Of a DNA stretch of 41,070 nt, positions 35,976-41,070 are shown one piece after another (within the stretch, counting starts at the first letter, position 1; each line of letters opens with the position of its first letter). The DNA comes from Thermoplasmata archaeon (GTDB lineage: Archaea; Thermoplasmatota; E2; UBA202; JdFR-43): NCBI GenBank assembly GCA_021162815.1, contig JAGGXW010000063.1, forward strand, positions 1 to 41,070, written 5' to 3'. A model generated the notes under the pieces. That model worked only from the letters and a program-made list of their open reading frames with translations, ran no database searches and had not been told where the DNA came from. The position numbers were made by a program, and so were the translations under genes.

Positions 35976-36956
35976 TTATCCCCTCCATATTATTAAAGTA
36001 GCTTTAGCCCTGTAAAAATCAATATAGTTGAGTAAAAGCTCTATTATTTTATTTACAATACTCTCTCCCTCATCTATAATTCTGTCTATGACTGGAGAGA
36101 TATTTTCTTCAAAATAGGTGTTTATATTTTTAGCCAGTTTATCTTCTATTTCACTATCCATCATTCTACTTATTCTATCACTCAAAGGATCCATATGGAG
36201 ATGAGTGAGCACCTCATCTACAATTTTTGAACTATCATTCCCTACTGAGTCAATCATCACTTCTACCATATTTGACACAGTATCTTCTATGACCCGACTA
36301 ATTAACTTGTGAACTCTTTCTTTATCTATCTTCTCGTTATCTAATATATTTAACAGTTCATTTTCCAGTTCATTTATAGGATTACCCAATACTTCATTAA
36401 TAAAATTTGATGGCATTGAAAAATATGTAGTAGCCACATATATATCGCCATTGGGAGGCGTTTCTCCAACACAAATCTTTCCTCCAAAATCAATTCCTTC
36501 TATTGGCCTCCATATCACTGTTAAATTATAATTTAACCCCAATTGAGTATCAAAAAAATTTTTTAATAACTCTTTTGTTTTTTTAGTATAATCTTTTGTA
36601 AGAATGTTATATTGTTTTCCATTAAATTCTAACTGGGAAGAAAGACATTCTGTAACTATATCTGCGTATGTTTTATGAAGTTGTTCTCTTCTTAACAAAA
36701 TATCTGTCAATTGGTTTAATAAATGCTGCTTCTCAAATATCCCTCCAAGGTTTTTATATTCAAATTTTTCTACCCTACAATTCATTAGTTCAATCAAAAT
36801 ATCTTGAGCCATATCATTCATTTTTTTATCTGTATAAATCTCTCCGGGGACATCTGTAATTAGGGCCGGCAACATAATAACTCCAGCCATTGAGATCATT
36901 ATAGAGAATAACACAGCGTCATGCATAACAGATATCCCTCTTCTATCTTCAATCAT
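35976..36956 (-). CDS. Type IV pilin-like (class III signal peptide) protein, 326 aa, unknown function
   Basis: N-terminus MIEDRRG|ISVMHDAVLFSIMISMAGVIMLPAL. ATGA overlap with the upstream gene. Mostly helical-looking, acidic C-terminal part. Confidence 0.65.
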   Translation of the reverse strand: MIEDRRGISVMHDAVLFSIMISMAGVIMLPALITDVPGEIYTDKKMNDMAQDILIELMNCRVEKFEYKNLGGIFEKQHLLNQLTDILLRREQLHKTYADIVTECLSSQLEFNGKQYNILTKDYTKKTKELLKNFFDTQLGLNYNLTVIWRPIEGIDFGGKICVGETPPNGDIYVATTYFSMPSNFINEVLGNPINELENELLNILDNEKIDKERVHKLISRVIEDTVSNMVEVMIDSVGNDSSKIVDEVLTHLHMDPLSDRISRMMDSEIEDKLAKNINTYFEENISPVIDRIIDEGESIVNKIIELLLNYIDFYRAKATLIIWRG

Positions 36957-37414
36957 TTTACCCCGCCAATAACAATTGTTAACTTCCCAGGCAATACATG
37001 TGCCTCGTCAATATACACTGGAACATTTTTAGAGAGAGCAATTTCATCATCCACATCATTTAGCATTCCCCATGTGATCCTGTCATGTTTAACTGAAAGA
37101 ATTAACTGATAATTAATGCCATAGACTTCTGGTAGAGAGGTATGGGAAAATTGGATAAATTTACTTTTGTTTATCATCCCTTCTCCCAGTATAACACCAT
37201 CTTTGTAAAGAAAACTATCTGGAGAAAATATTTTATTAAAAATATAATCAGCCATTTGATATTTTTCAATTCTATTCTCTATATCCTTATTTGATATATA
37301 TACTCCCCCTACAATTAAAAAAATTATGGAGATCCCAATTGTCACAACAATAATCGCTGTAATTGATGAAAATTCTTCTGAAATTCCTCGCTCATCACTC
37401 CATATTCTCATCAT
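36953..37414 (-). CDS. Type IV pilin-like (class III signal peptide) protein, 153 aa
   Basis: N-terminus MMRIWSDERG|ISEEFSSITAIIVVTIGISIIFLIVGG. ATGA overlap with the upstream gene. Confidence 0.65.
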   Translation of the reverse strand: MMRIWSDERGISEEFSSITAIIVVTIGISIIFLIVGGVYISNKDIENRIEKYQMADYIFNKIFSPDSFLYKDGVILGEGMINKSKFIQFSHTSLPEVYGINYQLILSVKHDRITWGMLNDVDDEIALSKNVPVYIDEAHVLPGKLTIVIGGVK

Positions 37415-38016
37415 TTCCCTCCATATAGAATTACGATACTTTCACAACTATAATCATCAAAACATATGATGCAATTTTCCACAGTCAGCGCATCCCCTTC
37501 CTTCAAAGTTAAAGGATTTACTGCCAAAGAATTTACAGATGCCTCATACTCTTGTCCAAGATAACTTTTTATTTTATCTTTAAAACCAGAGACATAAAGA
37601 TTATTTTTTTTAGGATAAGATTTATCCAAAACCCTATAGAGATCTGTAGATGTTTTCCATTCATCATCTGGTTTTCTTACAAAAACCTTACAAGGTATTC
37701 TCTTAGCAGAACTTACAATTCCAAAAAAATTATCTTTTACCCTAACATTTACAAAAGATGATGATATGTTTATTTTATAATCCCTATCAATAGGAATCGA
37801 TATATTGATTTTTGTTGGGATAAAAGATGCATCTGCAGATGTTATTGCCCCTATAATCTTCAGACTAATACTATCTGCTGCAATTTGACTTTGCCATCCA
37901 CCATAGTATGGAACTGCCACAGCAATAGAAAGAAGAACTCCTGCAACAATAACTATGCTAAGTTGATTCATTAACCATGAAATCGTCCCATATTTATCTT
38001 CCCATAATCTCCACAT
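37411..38016 (-). CDS. Type IV pilin-like (class III signal peptide) protein, about 201 aa
   Basis: Re-started at ATG 38016 (Met29 of the track ORF). GGAGGG lies 8 nt upstream. The resulting N-terminus MWRLWEDKYG|TISWLMNQLSIVIVAGVLL parallels MMRIWSDERG|IS... of the next gene. Confidence 0.6.
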   Translation of the reverse strand: MWRLWEDKYGTISWLMNQLSIVIVAGVLLSIAVAVPYYGGWQSQIAADSISLKIIGAITSADASFIPTKINISIPIDRDYKINISSSFVNVRVKDNFFGIVSSAKRIPCKVFVRKPDDEWKTSTDLYRVLDKSYPKKNNLYVSGFKDKIKSYLGQEYEASVNSLAVNPLTLKEGDALTVENCIICFDDYSCESIVILYGGK

Positions 38017-38449
38017 ACCTTTTTCCCTCCTTGATGACCAAAGAGAGAATAACTTCTCTGCAATTACTATCAATAATTGCATACTCTTTTCCGTTTCCAC
38101 AGAAACTTACATTTGAATAAAATATTCTTTTATCATTCCACTCAGTTAGAATATAATATCTGTTAGATAGATCTTTATTTTTGCTTCCGTAAACCACTTC
38201 CCTTATTCCTTTTGGAAATTTGGTTTTAATTTTCTGTACACTTCCTTCATCTCCTGCAACATACATTATTTCAGCAATATTTGCAATTTTCTTTGCTTCT
38301 TTTATTGCTATATTTATCTCATGCTCTCTTTCCATTCTAATTGAGATATGTATTAACACTCCAATAACTGCACTTCCCACCACAATTGCAACAGCGTATT
38401 GTATTGCTAAACCTGTTATACCATTATTGTCCGCCATTTTTACCAGCAT
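37994..38449 (-). CDS. Type IV pilin-like (class III signal peptide) protein, about 150 aa
   Basis: N-terminus MLVKMADNNG|ITGLAIQYAVAIVVGSAVIGVLI. ATG 38437 is an alternative start. It overlaps the end of the upstream gene. Confidence 0.6.
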   Translation of the reverse strand: MLVKMADNNGITGLAIQYAVAIVVGSAVIGVLIHISIRMEREHEINIAIKEAKKIANIAEIMYVAGDEGSVQKIKTKFPKGIREVVYGSKNKDLSNRYYILTEWNDKRIFYSNVSFCGNGKEYAIIDSNCREVILSLVIKEGKRYVEIMGR

Positions 38450-39011
38450 TTTTATTTAACAGACATGTTTTTACAGCAACTGAAAGAAGTAATATAAATC
38501 CTATGATAAATATAAAGTAAGGAGACATAACGACAGCCCTATTCCCAGATAGCAATAACAGTGCTATTAAAATAGTAAACAGCCCCCCTACAATGCCCGT
38601 TATTTCTATTGAAAATTCTATTCCCCTAAGTTTTAAAGTAGTATCTCTTCTTTCCAATCTATTCAATCTTTTTTCTATATTAGTCATCTTAACAGAGAAA
38701 TCATTATTTTTTGATGAATTCCTTTTGAGAGAGATGGTTACAGGTTCTTTCTTTTCAAATTCCTCCATTCTTTTTTCAATAATATTCAATCTTTTTTCAA
38801 TTTTCTTCATCAAATCATCTGGAATATTTTCTTTTTCCTTCACTGAGGACGAATACTGAAACACAGTACCTTTAAAAGGTTCTTTAGACAATCTCCTCTC
38901 TACTGCGTCCAATCTTTTTTCTATGCTTTTAATACTTTGCTCCAATTTCTGTATCCATGTGGAAAGAGTAAACTCATCATTTTTCATTTCCTTCTCATCT
39001 TTTTTTCTCAT
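38424..39011 (-). CDS. Membrane-anchored coiled-coil protein with three 41-residue repeats
   Basis: Charged N-terminal 125 aa or so carry IEKRLDAVERRL, IEKRLNIIEKRM and IEKRLNRLERRD, starting at residues 30, 71 and 112. Two C-terminal hydrophobic helices (ITGIVGGLFTILIALLLL, YFIFIIGFILLLSVAV). ATGA overlap with the upstream gene. Confidence 0.65.
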   Translation of the reverse strand: MRKKDEKEMKNDEFTLSTWIQKLEQSIKSIEKRLDAVERRLSKEPFKGTVFQYSSSVKEKENIPDDLMKKIEKRLNIIEKRMEEFEKKEPVTISLKRNSSKNNDFSVKMTNIEKRLNRLERRDTTLKLRGIEFSIEITGIVGGLFTILIALLLLSGNRAVVMSPYFIFIIGFILLLSVAVKTCLLNKNAGKNGGQ

Positions 39012-39412
39012 TTCCTCACAACCTTTATCAAGTTTCTAGCCTCATAATGAGGATAGTCATTAGCTATAACATATATTGTCAAATAACCTTCATACTGATC
39101 TTTAGGAAGAGAAGGAGTAAAGTATAGGGTAACTTCGCCATTCTCTTCAGTCTTTCCGGATATCACTTTATCCCCATCATACTCAGGAATTATCATAACA
39201 TTAGCATTTTTTACTGGATTTTCTGATTGGTCCATAATTTTGAAATGTATTTTATTTTCTCTTCCATCATATATCACTTCAGGATTGAATTCTTCTATCT
39301 TTAGATGTTTATTTAATGCAACACCATAATCATAAACGTAATTCAATCCAATAGCTAATGCTACTCCACCTATAGCAAGGGCCACCAGCAATCTTAATGG
39401 CATGCCCAGCAT
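39008..39412 (-). CDS. N-terminally anchored beta-domain protein, paralogue of 39414..39848 without the charged leader
   Basis: MLGMPLRLLVALAIGGVALAIGL aligns with EGLPMHLIIIVVIAGATLGL of the preceding protein. Shared D-x-x-x-NPVK-x-A-x-V and EG(W/Y)L motifs in a CarboxypepD_reg/Ig-like beta domain. Confidence 0.65.
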   Translation of the reverse strand: MLGMPLRLLVALAIGGVALAIGLNYVYDYGVALNKHLKIEEFNPEVIYDGRENKIHFKIMDQSENPVKNANVMIIPEYDGDKVISGKTEENGEVTLYFTPSLPKDQYEGYLTIYVIANDYPHYEARNLIKVVRK

Positions 39413-39413
39413 T

Positions 39414-39848
39414 TTATGAATACAATAACACTGCGTGTTCTTCTTTTATCGGGCTATTGTCATAACCAGCGTGACTTATGCTCATTTCAAGCCATCCTTC
39501 ATGGGTATTTTCTGGTACATTTACTTGTATTGTTAATTTTGTTTTCCCACTTTCATTTGTCTTATTGGCTATATTCCCTCCATATCCCCATATATGTACC
39601 AGAGCGCCTTTTACAGGATTGTTATGGTCATCCGTAACTGTAACAGTTACTGAGATTATCTGAGGATTTTGTGTTATCTCAATGCTGGAAGGCTCAACAG
39701 TATAATGTAGATGGTTTGGATTTGCCATAGAAAACCAATACAAAATAAGACCAAGAGTCGCCCCTGCAATCACAACAATTATTATAAGATGCATGGGCAA
39801 TCCTTCAATTCCTCTGTTATCCTTAATCCATTTCTTTATACCCACCAT
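39414..39848 (-). CDS. Type IV pilin-like (class III signal peptide) protein with an Ig/CarboxypepD_reg-like domain; first gene of the cluster
   Basis: GGAGG lies 8 nt upstream of ATG 39848. N-terminus MVGIKKWIKDNRG|IEGLPMHLIIIVVIAGATLGLIL. Beta domain VTVTDDHNNPVKGALVHIWGYGG...NESGKTKLTI. Confidence 0.7.
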   Translation of the reverse strand: MVGIKKWIKDNRGIEGLPMHLIIIVVIAGATLGLILYWFSMANPNHLHYTVEPSSIEITQNPQIISVTVTVTDDHNNPVKGALVHIWGYGGNIANKTNESGKTKLTIQVNVPENTHEGWLEMSISHAGYDNSPIKEEHAVLLYS

Positions 39849-40021
39849 CTTATTTGCCTCCTATACATAAATAATTAATTTATTATTAAATATTTCTAAA
39901 GCTTAATAAAACAACAGAATATCACATCATGGGTTATCAAAATTTAACGGAAACAATTACACCAATATATCAGGTTAACAACAGCTTACTAAGATTTATA
40001 TAACCTATATCATTTTGCATT

Positions 40022-40348
40022 ATGGAAAAAACATCTTTAGGAATTGAGGAAAATCTGGAAGCAGCACTGGCATATCTTGTTGGATGGATAACAGGACTGA
40101 TATTCTATCTAATAGAGAGGGATAGCCAGTTTGTGAGATTTCATGCAATGCAGTCAATATTAACTTTTCTCCCACTTTGGGTAATAGCATGGATAATTGG
40201 ATGGATACCTTCCATAGGATGGATTATATCTAGCTTGATATGGATTCTATCTTTGGTTCTCTGGATAATTCTGCTGATAAAGGCCTTTCGGGGAGAGAAA
40301 TTCAAACTCCCTGTTGTAGGAGATATGGCAGAAAAATATGCTCAATAA
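40022..40348 (+). CDS. Small membrane protein (DUF4870-like)
   Basis: NLEAALAYLVGWITGLIFYLIERDSQFVRFHAMQS is characteristic of this widespread family of small 3-helix membrane proteins. TATA-like ATTTATATA lies about 22-29 nt upstream of ATG 40022. Confidence 0.65.
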   Translation: MEKTSLGIEENLEAALAYLVGWITGLIFYLIERDSQFVRFHAMQSILTFLPLWVIAWIIGWIPSIGWIISSLIWILSLVLWIILLIKAFRGEKFKLPVVGDMAEKYAQ

Positions 40349-40385
40349 ATAAAAAGTTAATTAAACACCTTATAAATTAATCACT

Positions 40386-40904
40386 ATGAGACTGGCGTTC
40401 ATAGGTAGATTTCAGCCATTTCATAAAGGACATGAGTACATACTTGAATATGTTAAAAATGAATACGAATTTGAACCAGTAATAATAATTGGTTCAGCTT
40501 ATCAGAGTTACACTCAAAGAAACCCATTTACAGCAGGAGAAAGATACGAAATGATATATCTGTCCCTTAATAAATTATCATTTAAAAAATTCCACATAAT
40601 TCCGGTAGCAGACATAAATAGATACGGACTTTATCCAAAACATATCGAAGAACTGTCCCCATCATTTGACGGAATAATAACAAATGATAGTGTAATAATG
40701 GAGATATTTTCAAAAGAAGGATATAAAATAGTGGAAGCCCCATTTTTTGAGAGGGAGAGATATATGGGGGGCCTTATAAGAGAGAAAATCGCAAAATCAG
40801 AAAAATGGGAAGATTTGGTTCCTCAAGTAGTGGCAGAATATATTAAAAAAATAGATGGAGAAAAAAGAATACGCGAGCTGTTTAGAGTAGAGGATAGAAG
40901 ATAA
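40386..40904 (+). CDS. nadM: Nicotinamide-nucleotide adenylyltransferase (archaeal NMNAT)
   Basis: FIGRFQPFHKGHEYIL (the H-x-G-H nucleotidyltransferase motif), NPFTAGERYEMI and KWEDLVPQVVAEYIKKIDG closely match archaeal NMNAT. 172 aa. Confidence 0.9.
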   Translation: MRLAFIGRFQPFHKGHEYILEYVKNEYEFEPVIIIGSAYQSYTQRNPFTAGERYEMIYLSLNKLSFKKFHIIPVADINRYGLYPKHIEELSPSFDGIITNDSVIMEIFSKEGYKIVEAPFFERERYMGGLIREKIAKSEKWEDLVPQVVAEYIKKIDGEKRIRELFRVEDRR

Positions 40905-40932
40905 GGGATTATCCTTTCCCTCTATAATTTTT

Positions 40933-41070
40933 CTGCTGTGTTGAACAGGACTGTCAACTTAACACCTCCAGATTGTAAAGACAAACCCATGCCACACTCC
41001 ACCGTTTAACACTTTCCGGTGAGGAGTTAACTGGAAAGCATTTCCAAAATCGTTTAACTATTGCCTTGAA
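40933..41070 (-). mobile_element. Left end of another IS (transposase C-terminus on the minus strand), truncated by the window edge
   Basis: CTGCTGTGTTGAACA (40933-40947) is identical to the terminal repeat of the 10087..11001 IS. Minus-strand translation from the window edge reads FKAIVKRFWKCFPVNSSPESVKRWSVAWVCLYNLEVLS-stop, an IS5-like C-terminal pattern ending just inside the repeat. The interior sequence differs from the other copy. Confidence 0.5.

Noticed and set aside
38640-38935. Periodic DNA repeats (about 123-nt spacing), considered as a CRISPR-like or regulatory array.
   Set aside because: The repeats lie in frame within a continuous ORF and correspond exactly to the 41-aa IEKRL protein repeats. 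The spacing and short repeat length do not fit a CRISPR array.
639-39663. Many 60-180-aa ORFs in the six-frame track lying antisense to, or out of frame within, long genes (for example 19931..20470, 25764..26264, 12295..12684, 12621..13067, 23538..23915, 35329..35715).
   Set aside because: Each lies wholly inside a long ORF that has clear family motifs on the other strand or frame. Their translations are low-complexity (Ser/Leu/Phe/Ile-rich) and lack start-site signals. They are typical shadow ORFs.
1-41070. Search for tRNA, rRNA, other structured RNA genes and CRISPR arrays.
   Set aside because: The only non-coding gaps longer than about 100 nt are 1-327, 3832-3959, 13897-13996, 18075-18178, 39849-40021 and 40905-41070. 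All are AT-rich promoter, terminator or IS sequence. None shows a cloverleaf-like GC-rich stem pattern or regularly spaced direct repeats. This was a by-eye scan only; tRNAscan or Infernal were not run.
1-41070. IS sequences at both window edges suggested that the whole segment might be a composite transposon or genomic island.
   Set aside because: The interior carries core single-copy housekeeping genes (rps15, endA, tkt, purP/purQ, nadA, dtdA). The flanking IS fragments are different elements, and one is decayed. The region may be prone to rearrangement, but it is not a mobile island.

Overview
Densely coding, AT-rich archaeal chromosomal segment, most likely from a euryarchaeon. Archaea-specific markers include a two-repeat tRNA-splicing endonuclease (EndA), PurP, archaeal DtdA, split transketolase, S15P, archaeal NMN adenylyltransferase, HerA/NurA and a PGF-CTERM surface protein. 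GGAGG Shine-Dalgarno motifs sit inside operons, and TATA-like boxes lie about 22-26 nt from first-gene start codons.

Left to right:
- A degenerate IS remnant.
- A 1167-aa LTD/Ig-repeat/PGF-CTERM surface glycoprotein.
- Fe-ADH plus a non-oxidative pentose-phosphate block (split tkt, tal).
- Two membrane proteins.
- A complete 915-bp IS5-like element sitting in the divergent promoter gap upstream of nadA.
- glyA, purP, and a secreted metzincin/lipoprotein pair.
- dtdA, a methyltransferase, feoB, an HDAC-family enzyme, acyP, rps15, a pyrK-like gene, galU, trkHA.
- A roughly 12-kb run of co-directional minus-strand genes, 39848 down to 27712.
- A small membrane protein, NMN adenylyltransferase, and the end of another IS.

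The most interesting part is the upstream 8 kb of that run (32003-39848). It holds ten ORFs of unknown function. Seven begin with a conserved D-x-x-G motif followed by a hydrophobic helix, which is a class III / type IV pilin-like signal. One of the seven is a 932-aa giant. The set also includes a membrane-anchored coiled-coil protein with exact 41-residue repeats and a Sec-secreted protein with a PGF-CTERM-like tail. No PilB/PilC/prepilin-peptidase genes lie in the window. Instead the cluster runs directly, through overlapping stop/start codons, into a small ORF, NurA and a HerA-family ATPase.

No rRNA, tRNA or CRISPR array was recognised. All functional calls rest on motif and family recognition by eye. 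No database search or structure prediction was run.
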